Below are positions 17,579 through 26,502 of a stretch of 34,525 bases of DNA, piece by piece; the first letter of the stretch is position 1, and every line of letters starts with the position of its first letter. Both the position numbers and the translations under genes were made by a program. The notes under the pieces are model-generated. The model was not told the origin of the DNA and ran no database searches. It saw only the letters and a list, made by a program, of their open reading frames with translations. The DNA comes from Nanobdellota archaeon (lineage in GTDB: Archaea > Nanobdellota > Nanobdellia > Woesearchaeales > GW2011-AR9), in the NCBI GenBank assembly GCA_038046445.1, contig JBBSWE010000185.1:1-34525 (forward strand), in the 5' to 3' direction.

Positions 17579-19744
17579 ATGGAAAAAATTATTTTAAAAA
17601 TACAAGGAATGCATTGCGCCAGCTGTGCTACGATTATTAACAGGGCCCTAACTAAAGTAGAGGGTGTGAAATTTGCTAACGTTAACTTTTCTACCGAGAA
17701 AGCAGCAGTAGATTATGATGCGAAGATAGTAAGTGAACAAGAAATGATTACTGCAATAAAGAGCAAAGGTTATAGTGCTTATATTGCTAAAGATACTAAT
17801 CCCAAAGAAGAGGAGAGAAAACGCAAATTTGAATTATCAAAATTGAGAAACAAAGTGATTCTTAGTTTTGTTTTTGCTGTTCCAGCTTTAATTGTGAGCA
17901 TGTTCTTGATGGATCTTCCGTTTAAGGAATATATCGTCTGGGCACTTGCTACCCCAGTACAATTTTACATAGGAGCTACTTTTTATCGTGGAGCTTGGGC
18001 CGCGTTAAAGAATAAAACATCCAATATGGATACTTTAATTGCTTTAGGAACTAGTGCAGCCTATTTTTACTCTGTTTATGTGGTTTTGTTCGTTCCCAAA
18101 GGAGAACAGTATTTTGAAGCAGCAGCAGTATTGATCGCTTTAGTCGTTCTAGGAAAATATCTAGAAGCGGTAGCTAAAGGAAAAACTTCTGAAGCAATTA
18201 CTAAATTAATGAAACTGGGAGCCAAAACCGCTACAGTTATCAGAAACAAGAAAGAATTGCAAATTCCTATCGAAGAAGTACAGGCAGGAGAGATTATTTT
18301 AGTCAAGCCGGGAGAAAAAGTACCGGTAGATGGAATTATTGTGGAAGGATATTCTGCTCTGGATGAAAGTATGATTACTGGAGAAAGTATTCCGGTGGAA
18401 AAGAAAAAAGGAGATGCTGTAATCGGTTCTACTTTAAACAAACACGGTAGTTTCACGTTCAAAGCAACTAAAGTTGGAGCAGAAACTATTTTATCTAGGA
18501 TAATTAAATTAATTGAAGAAGCGCAAACTAAAAAAGCTCCGATCCAAAGGTTTGCCGATAATGTTTCGGCTTATTTTGTACCTGTGGTTATCGTTATCTC
18601 TTTACTCACATTTATAACTTGGTACTGGATCGCTGGAGCTGCCTTTAGTTTTGCTTTGGTTACTGCCGTAGCGGTGTTAGTTATTGCTTGTCCTTGTGCT
18701 TTAGGTCTAGCCACTCCTACTGCCATTATGGTTGGAACTGGTAAGGGAGCTAAAGAAGGAATTCTGATTAAAGGAGGAGAAGCCTTAGAAACGGCTCATG
18801 AATTGAAAGCAGTAGTCTTTGATAAGACTGGCACGATTACTAAAGGTCAACCGGCAGTAACTGATATTCTTCCGAATAAGATTTCAGAAAAGGCTTTTTT
18901 AGAAATTGCTGGAAGCATCGAGAAAAGTTCCGAGCATCCTTTAGCTGAAGCTATCGTCAACAAAGCTAAGACAGAAAATATCTCTTGGAAAAAAGTAACT
19001 CATTTCAAAGCCATTCCGGGAAAAGGAATTTCCGCTAAAATTGGAACTAAAACTTACTCTTTAGGAAGCCCAAAGATGGTAAGTGTTGATTCCGTTTGGA
19101 AAAATAGAATCCAAGACCTGGAAGAACAAGGGAAGACGGTCATGGTTTTGGCTGAAGGAAAGAAAGTGCTTGGAGCCATCGCCGTAGCTGATGAAATTAA
19201 AGAAGACTCGCCAGAAGCTATCAGAAGATTAAAGAAATTAGGATTGAGAGTATACATGATTACCGGAGATAATCAAAGGACGGCTAAAGCTATCGCTAAG
19301 AAAGTAGGGATAGAACATTTCTTTGCGGAAGTACTTCCAGAACATAAAGCAAGTCATGTCAAAGAATTGCAAAAGAGAGGCAAAGTAGCCATGGTGGGAG
19401 ACGGAATTAACGATGCTCCGGCTCTAGCACAAGCTGATATTGGAATTGCTATGGGTTCAGGTACAGACGTAGCCATGGAATCTGGAAGTATCGTTTTGAT
19501 GAGAAATAGTTTGTTAGATATTCCCAAAGCCATTAAATTGAGCAAGATGACCATGAGTAAGATCAAGCAAAACATGTTCTGGGCTTTGTTTTACAATGTC
19601 TTAGGTATTCCCGTGGCCGCAGGAGTATTATATCCTTTCACCGGCTGGCTGCTTAGTCCCATCATTGCTGGAGGAGCCATGGCGCTGAGTTCAGTAAGTG
19701 TGGTTACTAGCTCACTCTTGCTGAAGAGAAGAAAGCTTAAATAA
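17579..19744 (+). CDS. copA: copper-translocating P1B-type ATPase
   Basis: 721 aa. N-terminal HMA 'GMHCASCA', plus TGES, the TM 'CPC', 'DKTGT', 'HP', and 'GDGINDAP'. Confidence 0.95.
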   Translation: MEKIILKIQGMHCASCATIINRALTKVEGVKFANVNFSTEKAAVDYDAKIVSEQEMITAIKSKGYSAYIAKDTNPKEEERKRKFELSKLRNKVILSFVFAVPALIVSMFLMDLPFKEYIVWALATPVQFYIGATFYRGAWAALKNKTSNMDTLIALGTSAAYFYSVYVVLFVPKGEQYFEAAAVLIALVVLGKYLEAVAKGKTSEAITKLMKLGAKTATVIRNKKELQIPIEEVQAGEIILVKPGEKVPVDGIIVEGYSALDESMITGESIPVEKKKGDAVIGSTLNKHGSFTFKATKVGAETILSRIIKLIEEAQTKKAPIQRFADNVSAYFVPVVIVISLLTFITWYWIAGAAFSFALVTAVAVLVIACPCALGLATPTAIMVGTGKGAKEGILIKGGEALETAHELKAVVFDKTGTITKGQPAVTDILPNKISEKAFLEIAGSIEKSSEHPLAEAIVNKAKTENISWKKVTHFKAIPGKGISAKIGTKTYSLGSPKMVSVDSVWKNRIQDLEEQGKTVMVLAEGKKVLGAIAVADEIKEDSPEAIRRLKKLGLRVYMITGDNQRTAKAIAKKVGIEHFFAEVLPEHKASHVKELQKRGKVAMVGDGINDAPALAQADIGIAMGSGTDVAMESGSIVLMRNSLLDIPKAIKLSKMTMSKIKQNMFWALFYNVLGIPVAAGVLYPFTGWLLSPIIAGGAMALSSVSVVTSSLLLKRRKLK

Positions 19745-19779
19745 GTTATTAACTTTATTCCCTAAAAAAGAGGTGAAAA

Positions 19780-19983
19780 ATGGTAAAACAAAATTTAGGA
19801 AAGCTGGATCGAATCTTCAGGTTCGTCTTAGGAATCTGGTGGCTAAGTCCTTTAGCTCCTGCTTTTAATGTAACCTGGATCAATTGGGTAATATTTGTAA
19901 TCGGATGGATCGCTCTGGCAGAAAGCTTCTTAGGATGGTGCTGGCTGCATAATCTATTACATATAGGCAACAAAAATCAATAA
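19780..19983 (+). CDS. DUF2892 (YgaP-like) small membrane protein
   Basis: 67 aa. 'GKLDRIFRFVLGI...GWIALAESFLGWCWLHNLL' follows the DUF2892 pattern. Confidence 0.6.
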   Translation: MVKQNLGKLDRIFRFVLGIWWLSPLAPAFNVTWINWVIFVIGWIALAESFLGWCWLHNLLHIGNKNQ

Positions 19984-19999
19984 TAAAGGAGTGTGGAAA

Positions 20000-20191
20000 A
20001 TGAGAACGATTTGGAAAGTTTTAGCTTGGGTATCGATGGGATGCGGATTAGCAACTTATTTCATAGCGTGGATAGCGATTATGATGGGAACTACTTTTTT
20101 TAGTATTCCTACCGAGTTTTGGTTTTATGACGCTATCAGTGCTGGTATCTTTGGGTTGTTTTTCCTTAAGCTTTATGGCATGAAAGGATAA
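20000..20191 (+). CDS. small two-TM hypothetical protein
   Basis: ATG at 20000 lies 8 nt after 'aaaggag'. Hydrophobic 63-aa product. A T-rich tract follows the stop. Confidence 0.35.
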   Translation: MRTIWKVLAWVSMGCGLATYFIAWIAIMMGTTFFSIPTEFWFYDAISAGIFGLFFLKLYGMKG

Positions 20192-20192
20192 T

Positions 20193-20209
20193 CTTTATTT
20201 TTTATTTTT
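20193..20209 (+). terminator. oligo-T archaeal terminator-like tract
   Basis: 'tctttattttttattttt' immediately after the stop at 20191, at the end of the metal island. Confidence 0.35.
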
Positions 20210-20288
20210 GTAATTACGAAAGAGATTAAGTAGATTTGGTATCATAAACACCACAAATCTTTTATAATCCCTTTTATTCTATCAATAC

Positions 20289-20507
20289 ATGAATATTTAT
20301 TGGGAAGGATTGTTTTGGTATTTAATATTAATCGATTGCTTGGTATACAATGTTATGAGCTGGAGTAAAGGCAAATGGCATCAACAGCAGACACATTGGT
20401 TTACTGATTATTTTCCTTACCAGAAAGGATGGGGCATAATTTATCTTCTTTTAGTGTTATGGATTGGTTTTTTGTTGTATAGAATGCAGTTGTTGGTGTT
20501 GTGGTAG
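20289..20507 (+). CDS. small two-TM hypothetical protein
   Basis: 72-aa hydrophobic ORF. No motif recognised. Confidence 0.35.
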   Translation: MNIYWEGLFWYLILIDCLVYNVMSWSKGKWHQQQTHWFTDYFPYQKGWGIIYLLLVLWIGFLLYRMQLLVLW

Positions 20508-20510
20508 AAA

Positions 20511-20999
20511 TTAAATTCTGAGCCGACAATGAATATATTCTTCTCCAGTATTACACCAATTAGAGTGAATGGATGTTGCTTCTGCCCCTTCTTTTTTAAC
20601 GATGTGTAAAGAAGCATTTGGTCTAAAATGACCTTCTATGAAAGTGTATCCTTGTGTTTTAGCAGCATTAACTAATTCTTGAAATAAAGCTTTACCAAAA
20701 CCTTTCCCTTGAAATTCGGGAAGAATAACAAAATTATAAAGATATAATGTTTTTGGATCGTGAACGATACCTTCCAGTTCAAGGTCTTGAATATCTTTTT
20801 CAGAAGGACAGAAACCGAGAACATTTCCAAGATATTTTGAACTACTAAAAGCTATTTTTGCAATAGGTTTATCTCCACTCAAAATACGAATTAATTGATT
20901 CTCATCTAATCGGATCGTTTCTGGAAAGATAGCTTCAGATCCTAAAATAGTTTGAAGATGTTGTTCATAGCTTCCAAGAGTAAGGTTTTCTAATTCCAT
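20511..20999 (-). CDS. GNAT-family N-acetyltransferase
   Basis: 162 aa. 'ILPEFQGKGFGKALFQELV' is the acetyl-CoA-binding motif A (Q/RxxGxG/A). Confidence 0.8.
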   Translation of the reverse strand: MELENLTLGSYEQHLQTILGSEAIFPETIRLDENQLIRILSGDKPIAKIAFSSSKYLGNVLGFCPSEKDIQDLELEGIVHDPKTLYLYNFVILPEFQGKGFGKALFQELVNAAKTQGYTFIEGHFRPNASLHIVKKEGAEATSIHSNWCNTGEEYIHCRLRI

Positions 21000-21061
21000 T
21001 TAAGCTTAAAAGAGGAAATACTATTTAAACCCTTTGTTTTATTGCCATCAATAAGTAACAA

Positions 21062-22240
21062 CTATTTCTGGGCATTCTTAAGCAACAAATTATAAAAATT
21101 CATATCAAAAAATATTACGGGTTCTTTTAATCCAAGTTCTTTACAAGCAGCAAGATAGTTCAAAATCAACTTCTTATGATCTTTAATGGTACTTAAGTAG
21201 GCATAAGTCTCTTTAAAAGTAAGCGGATCTAAAGCTTCTAGTTTAGCCACTTTAAAGTTAGATAGAAAATTATTCAAATCAGTGAATTTTATTTCCACCA
21301 AACCATTAACATAAACCTTAAGGTAAGGATGGGCTTTTCTCTTTTTTTTCAGTTTACTCAATCCAATAAAGTAACACATCAAGTAACCCAAATAATATTC
21401 TCCGGTTTCTCCGGTAGGATGAAATCTTTTCTCCAAAAAAGCTTCTGCTTCTTCTTTAGATTCCATTTGAGAAGTAGCAATTAGCATTGCTTTCAATTTT
21501 TCAATATGCTTTAAATCAAAAGGAACAGAAGTACGATTCTGCCAGTCTCTAAACACGGCTGTGCCTTCAGTTTGTAATCCGCACAATATCTCGTATATTT
21601 CGTAAAAGGAAGCTTTTAATTTTCCTTGAACAATTTTTTTAGAAAATTTGTTTTGCTGCTTTTCCTGTTTTTGGTAAAGCTCTCTAATTACTGCAGTTTG
21701 ATGTTCTAACTCATGATCAATAGACTTCAACCAAAAAGCAGCATCAAAATGTTTAGTATATAACCACGGCAAGTAAATCCTGCTCAGTAACGCCGTACCA
21801 TTAAAAGTTAATGAAACCAAATAACGAGAAGAACTTTCCCAATCTAATCCTCCTAAACATCCATCCACTTTCTTGTCATAAACAGTTAGGTTGATGGTTA
21901 ACTTCTCTTGTGGAATTACGTTTGGATTCCTTTCTAAGATAATCAGGATCAGTTTAGATATCTGTTTTCCCACAAACTCTTGGTATTCATTAAAATCAAT
22001 CTTGGGATTAATTCCCGCCTTAATCGCTTTATAGATATCGCTACGAAAGAATACTTCGTAATCGCGTAACATACGAACATAAGAACGAATATTCTTGGGA
22101 GCATCTTTGTGGCTGCGCCAAACCATCGTGTTAAATTTATGAAAGATATCTACATCCAGTTTAAACAATTCAGGGGTATAATCAGTAAAGAAAACTTTTA
22201 CTGTAACTTTTTTGCCATTCAGTTCGTGTGCAAACTCCAT
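21062..22240 (-). CDS. hypothetical protein with an HExxH motif
   Basis: 392-aa ORF. The only recognisable element is 'IDHELEHQTAV'. Confidence 0.45.
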   Translation of the reverse strand: MEFAHELNGKKVTVKVFFTDYTPELFKLDVDIFHKFNTMVWRSHKDAPKNIRSYVRMLRDYEVFFRSDIYKAIKAGINPKIDFNEYQEFVGKQISKLILIILERNPNVIPQEKLTINLTVYDKKVDGCLGGLDWESSSRYLVSLTFNGTALLSRIYLPWLYTKHFDAAFWLKSIDHELEHQTAVIRELYQKQEKQQNKFSKKIVQGKLKASFYEIYEILCGLQTEGTAVFRDWQNRTSVPFDLKHIEKLKAMLIATSQMESKEEAEAFLEKRFHPTGETGEYYLGYLMCYFIGLSKLKKKRKAHPYLKVYVNGLVEIKFTDLNNFLSNFKVAKLEALDPLTFKETYAYLSTIKDHKKLILNYLAACKELGLKEPVIFFDMNFYNLLLKNAQK

Positions 22241-22406
22241 CTCTAGTCAGCATCAAAATAATCAAACTAATAAATGTTTCTCAAACAACAAAAATATAGA
22301 AAAAAGCTGGCTTATCCCGCAATATACCAAGCCGTATCTTCTAAATCCTCAAGGTTACCCTGGACAAATTGATAACTCAAGAGGTCCTTGTAACACTTGT
22401 GAATGT

Positions 22407-22685
22407 TCATTCTGCGTCTTCTCCGCCTTCTGCTCCGCTGCTGGGGACAGCACTCTTGGAAATTACCAAAACGTCTCCAATCGCCTTAACTAGCTGATGA
22501 GGAACAATTACTCCTTTGGCGCTGCCTAGAACTTTGCTCAAGAAAGAATTTTTCGTAGCTTTAACTTTCCAGCCAAAGACTCGGTTAGCTTGTAGAATAC
22601 ACTCTTCCACATCCCCAAAATAGTCACCGCCATCGGTGAACACTCTAAGATCGTAGACCTCAGAAATCCTTTTCATTTTTAACAT
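22407..22685 (-). CDS. PRC-barrel domain protein
   Basis: 92 aa. 'ISEVYDLRVFTDGGDYFGDVEECIL...GVIVPHQLVKAIGDVLVI' follows the PRC-barrel pattern. Confidence 0.6.
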   Translation of the reverse strand: MLKMKRISEVYDLRVFTDGGDYFGDVEECILQANRVFGWKVKATKNSFLSKVLGSAKGVIVPHQLVKAIGDVLVISKSAVPSSGAEGGEDAE

Positions 22686-22755
22686 GATGAATCACCTCTA
22701 ATATTATTACCTCATAAATTTTCCCTTAGATTTAAATACTTTTCTGTTATAGAGA

Positions 22756-23445
22756 ATGGATATGAGCGTACATATTATCGGCACTTCCCACATTGCCCAG
22801 CAAAGTGTCAATGAGATAAAAAGGGCTTTTGCTGAGCTTAAACCGGACTTGGTAGGGGTAGAATTAGACCAAGAACGGGCCCAAGTACTGTTAAGCGGAA
22901 TCAAAATCAAGGTCAGTTTAATGGATATTTCTCAAATTGGGGTAAAAGGCTATCTTTTTGCTAAAATCGGTCAAATCGTCCAGCAAAAGTTGGGCCAAAG
23001 TATTGGAGTAAGTCCGGGAACGGAGATGAAAACCGCTTTAGAACTGGCCAAGAAGGAAGGAGTCAAAATCGCTCTGATTGACCAGCCCATTAAGGTCACT
23101 TTACGCAACTTCTCTAAAGAATTGACTTGGAAAGAAAAATTTCGCTTCTTGGGGGATTTGATTGGGGGATTATTGTTCCCAAAACGAACTTTGAAAAAAT
23201 CCGGATTAGGAAATTTAGATTTGAGTAAAGTTCCGGAAGGGAAAATGATTACTCTGATGATCAAACAGCTTAAGGATCGTTATCCTTCCATCTACAAGAC
23301 TTTAGTGGCTGATCGTAATAAGTATATGGTCAAGCAAATTGTAAAGCTATTGCGAGATAATCCGGATAAAAAAATCTTAATCGTGGTCGGAGCAGGACAC
23401 AAAGAAGGGATGGAAGAGTTGTTGTTAAAAGTGGATGTGGTTTAG
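22756..23445 (+). CDS. TraB/GumN-family protein
   Basis: 229 aa. 'VHIIGTSHIAQQSVNEIKRAFAELKPDLVGVELD' and the C-terminal 'VVGAGHKEGM' are typical of the TraB family. Confidence 0.8.
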   Translation: MDMSVHIIGTSHIAQQSVNEIKRAFAELKPDLVGVELDQERAQVLLSGIKIKVSLMDISQIGVKGYLFAKIGQIVQQKLGQSIGVSPGTEMKTALELAKKEGVKIALIDQPIKVTLRNFSKELTWKEKFRFLGDLIGGLLFPKRTLKKSGLGNLDLSKVPEGKMITLMIKQLKDRYPSIYKTLVADRNKYMVKQIVKLLRDNPDKKILIVVGAGHKEGMEELLLKVDVV

Positions 23446-23792
23446 GGAGTAGCCAACAAATGTTCTAACTTCGAACATCGAGTAACTAACATATCTCCAT
23501 TCCATTCGAATCTTTTAATGCAATCAAATCCTTTTTCTTTTAAAACTTGCCTTTGACTTACTAATTTTCTATTTTGATCATATAATTCTAAGAATGTAAC
23601 AGTTGTTTGATTATCGTTAGGATTACTTAAATAATCCTTACTAAAATTTCTTGCTTGTTCGGCTGCTGCAACTAATGCATCCATATCATTATCAACGGTT
23701 AAAATATCTTCTCGTTTTACATAATCAGGATATTTAACTCCAAAACCGGGAGAAACTCCACAATTGATTCCAAAAATTGCTTGATATACCAT
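23442..23792 (-). CDS. hypothetical protein
   Basis: 116-aa ORF, convergent with the TraB gene and overlapping it by 4 nt. Confidence 0.4.
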   Translation of the reverse strand: MVYQAIFGINCGVSPGFGVKYPDYVKREDILTVDNDMDALVAAAEQARNFSKDYLSNPNDNQTTVTFLELYDQNRKLVSQRQVLKEKGFDCIKRFEWNGDMLVTRCSKLEHLLATP

Positions 23793-23869
23793 TATATAAA
23801 AAAAAGAAGTTTAACATTAAAAATATTACTGTGCTGAAGAATAGAAAAGAACACAAAAACGCAACAAGC

Positions 23870-23877
23870 TTTATAAA
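23870..23877 (+). promoter_or_regulatory. TATA box for RNase P RNA
   Basis: 'tttataaa' about 26 nt upstream of the predicted 5' end of the P1 helix. Confidence 0.45.
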
Positions 23878-23899
23878 TTACCTCCTCTTAGTGGATATC

Positions 23900-24238
23900 G
23901 GTAGGGGTGGTAGATAGCAGAGGGTAGCAATACTCAGGAAAGTCCGTCCACTAACTTATCGCAAGAGTAGCGCGACGATGGCTCTCAGAGAGAGAAGGGG
24001 AAAACCCTTGGCTCTGGCTCCAGCAACGACACGTCCATAACTTAGGATGAAAATGGCGAAGTTTTCAGCGATGAAAATGAGTTAATCCGTTGACGTTGGT
24101 TATGGGAACGATGAAACGGCGAATCCCCATCGGTGCAAGTTCCGTTGTGAACGCTTAGTAGAATGCTATCAAATGATCATCGACATCACTGGTTGATGTT
24201 TTGGGTCAATACAAAAGACGGCTTATTCCCCCCTACCC
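23900..24238 (+). ncRNA. rnpB: RNase P RNA (archaeal, type-A-like)
   Basis: Terminal helix 'ggtagggg' (23900-) pairs with 'cccctacc' (-24238). CR-I/P4 5' strand 'GGAAAGTCC' at 23937-23945. CR-V/P4 3' strand 'AGACGGCTTA' at 24216-24225. A GC-rich, non-coding stretch of about 339 nt in an AT-rich genome. Confidence 0.8.
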
Positions 24239-24290
24239 ATTTTTTCTTAAAAAATGGAGTAAAAAACTTTAAGTGAAGAGAGATGTTCTG

Positions 24291-24758
24291 ATGGATAAAA
24301 TGAAAATACTTTTTATTGATGATATTAATAATAGTTTGATTAAGAACGTACATCATCGAGCTTTTCGGATAAATGAAAAGTTAGATTTACATCTTTATGT
24401 TCCCGTAGATTATCTCTATCGAAATGATCAAAATCATACTTTTGACGGACCAGAAGGACTAGTTAGCCTCTTGTTAAATGATAGTTATGAAGGATTGATT
24501 ATCGAGCCAAATATGTTTAGAGCAGAAAAACATAGCGATGGTAAAAGAGTAGGTGATACCTTGATTGAACAGTTCAAAAAATATGCTACAGCTATTTCCA
24601 ATTCCGACTTCGCAGGCAAAGTGATTCTTCTTACCTTTAATAATTACGGTCCTCTATTAGATGAAATGATAAAAACCAAATGGCCAATGTTTTGCCCCTC
24701 GGTTGGTTTGAATGATAAAAGATACATTCCTCGGGCGCTCTGGCGAGTTTATCGTTAG
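24291..24758 (+). CDS. hypothetical protein, possibly a CheY-like receiver fold with Glu at the phospho-acceptor position (weak)
   Basis: ATG at 24291 is preferred over the GTG at 24273. 'KILFIDD', 'GLIIEPNMF', 'VILLTFNN' and 'KTKWPMF' are spaced like REC beta1, beta3, beta4 and beta5. Confidence 0.45.
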   Translation: MDKMKILFIDDINNSLIKNVHHRAFRINEKLDLHLYVPVDYLYRNDQNHTFDGPEGLVSLLLNDSYEGLIIEPNMFRAEKHSDGKRVGDTLIEQFKKYATAISNSDFAGKVILLTFNNYGPLLDEMIKTKWPMFCPSVGLNDKRYIPRALWRVYR

Positions 24759-24932
24759 AAAAAGTAAAACAATTTAAAGGAAGAAGAATCACTATCTGCT
24801 TAAGTGGTAAATACTTTTAGGATAATTGCAATCTCTGATCTTGTTAAAATTAAATCGGAAGACCTACTTGCCTAGAGAACGGCTTCTTTTTCCCCCAAAA
24901 ACTATATAAATAGTTCCCATTTATAGAAGTTT

Positions 24933-25103
24933 ATGGCTGACGACAAGATTAGGATGCCTTCCGGGCAAGGGGGATTGGTACGCTATTTTGACGAATATAA
25001 ATCCAAAATAGAATTCGCTCCGGGCGTAATTATTATCATGTGTCTAGTGGTCATGGCCATTGTAATCTTACTGCACTATTTTGGCGGTTCATTCTTAGGT
25101 TAA
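24933..25103 (+). CDS. preprotein translocase subunit Sec61beta
   Basis: A 56-aa ORF that is absent from the ORF track: MADDKIRMPSGQGGLVRYFDEYKSKIEFAPGVIIIMCLVVMAIVILLHYFGGSFLG. It has the 'GLxRYFDE' motif plus a C-terminal tail-anchor TM. 'tatataaata' lies upstream. Confidence 0.75.
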   Translation: MADDKIRMPSGQGGLVRYFDEYKSKIEFAPGVIIIMCLVVMAIVILLHYFGGSFLG

Positions 25104-25104
25104 A

Positions 25105-25458
25105 ATGTTTCCTGGCGTTAATCCTCGGCAAATGCAGCAGATGATGAAGAAGATGGGTATTCAGCAGTCCGAAATTAATGCCATTAAAGTTATTATTGAA
25201 TGTGAAGATAAAGAAATTGTGATCGAAAACCCTCAAGTAACTAAAGTTAATATGATGGGTCAAGAAACCTTTCAGATTGTAGGAGAGATTATAGAAAGAA
25301 AACGTTCTACCGCTTCAGCGGTTCCAGATATTTCTGAAGAAGATATTAAAACCGTAATGGAACAAGCAGGAGTAGACAAAGCTACGGCCAAGAAAGCCCT
25401 CGAAGAAGCCGAAGGAGATTTGGCCGAAGCTATTCTGAATTTGAATAAAGAAGATTAG
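25105..25458 (+). CDS. nac: nascent polypeptide-associated complex protein (NAC domain + UBA)
   Basis: 117 aa. 'NPRQMQQMMKKMGI' and the NAC beta-barrel 'VIIECEDKEIVIENPQVTKVNMMGQETFQIVGE'. C-terminal UBA 'EEDIKTVMEQAGVDKATAKKALEEAEGDLAEAI'. Confidence 0.85.
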   Translation: MFPGVNPRQMQQMMKKMGIQQSEINAIKVIIECEDKEIVIENPQVTKVNMMGQETFQIVGEIIERKRSTASAVPDISEEDIKTVMEQAGVDKATAKKALEEAEGDLAEAILNLNKED

Positions 25459-25500
25459 AATCAGGAACGTTTTTATAGATTAATTCTCTTCTAGAATAAA

Positions 25501-25959
25501 ATGTCTTCAGATTATCACCTTGCTTGGAATAATGCGATCCAACAGCAACGTATCGCTGCCCATCTGCTGGAAGTTACTTTTCCCCTTTCTAAAGATCCCA
25601 AACTGCTGTTAGGAGTAATCTATAATCTCTGCGGAGCGTTAGAATATGCTTTAGATGCTCTCCTTCTTTCGGAAGGGATTACGGCAGGAGAAGGTTTTCA
25701 AAGCAAACTTACTGCGTTAAAGATAAAATCCAGCCAAGGAAGCAAAATCACGTTAGAAGATATCAAATTCATGCATTGGCTGCAAGAGATTAAAGTCAAG
25801 CATAAGCAATCACCAATGGAATTTCAAAGAGGCAAAAATTTGGTGATTTGCAGTGCCGAATATCAAATGCAAGTACTTTCCGTTCTAGAAATCAAGAAGT
25901 ACCTTAAACAAAGCGAAGAACTGTTGCAACGTTTAAATGGCGTTATTAATCGAAAGTAA
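25501..25959 (+). CDS. hypothetical all-helical protein (member 1 of a pair)
   Basis: 152-aa ORF with weak colinear similarity to the next ORF. Confidence 0.45.
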   Translation: MSSDYHLAWNNAIQQQRIAAHLLEVTFPLSKDPKLLLGVIYNLCGALEYALDALLLSEGITAGEGFQSKLTALKIKSSQGSKITLEDIKFMHWLQEIKVKHKQSPMEFQRGKNLVICSAEYQMQVLSVLEIKKYLKQSEELLQRLNGVINRK

Positions 25960-26004
25960 TAAAAAGAAATCTATATTTCATATACCCTTACACTATTAGC
26001 TACC

Positions 26005-26472
26005 ATGGATGAATACCTTTTAGAAGCGCGCGAAGAGTTAAAGCGCCTGGAACACATTATTTACGTCAGTTTAAAATATACCCGAACCACGGATGTAATT
26101 ATTAACGCTTTAACCCGTTTAATAAGCGTTTTTGATCTGATTATTGAAGCTTATCTAGAAAAAGCTAAAGAGGAAGGAAAAATTACTACTCTTCCAAAGA
26201 GCCCGGCTCTTCGTGGGACCATATTAGGAAAGTTATATGGGGAAGACCCAGAACTGCAAAAGTATTTGGAATTTTATTCTTTTTTGAAAATCATCCTAAA
26301 ATCTTCTTATAATAAACGCGAAGAATATCGCCGCCACGTTACCGTAATTGTAGAATTAGATCAGTGCACGGCTTTCGTAGACATCGATTGCCTAATTAAC
26401 TATGAAAGATTTGTACGCAATTTCTTGAAATGTGCTTACCGCCAGATAGAAGGAAGGAAGGACGAGGATTAA
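26005..26472 (+). CDS. hypothetical all-helical protein (member 2 of a pair)
   Basis: 155-aa ORF. See the previous entry. Confidence 0.45.
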   Translation: MDEYLLEAREELKRLEHIIYVSLKYTRTTDVIINALTRLISVFDLIIEAYLEKAKEEGKITTLPKSPALRGTILGKLYGEDPELQKYLEFYSFLKIILKSSYNKREEYRRHVTVIVELDQCTAFVDIDCLINYERFVRNFLKCAYRQIEGRKDED

Positions 26473-26502
26473 TCAAAGATAACTTCTTTCCAGGGATAAT
26501 TT

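Noticed and set aside
25501-26472. The two helical ORFs as the DGR accessory protein Avd.
   Set aside because: They are on the opposite strand and downstream of the RT rather than between the target and the TR, and I saw no Avd-like sequence features. They are kept only as a low-priority check.
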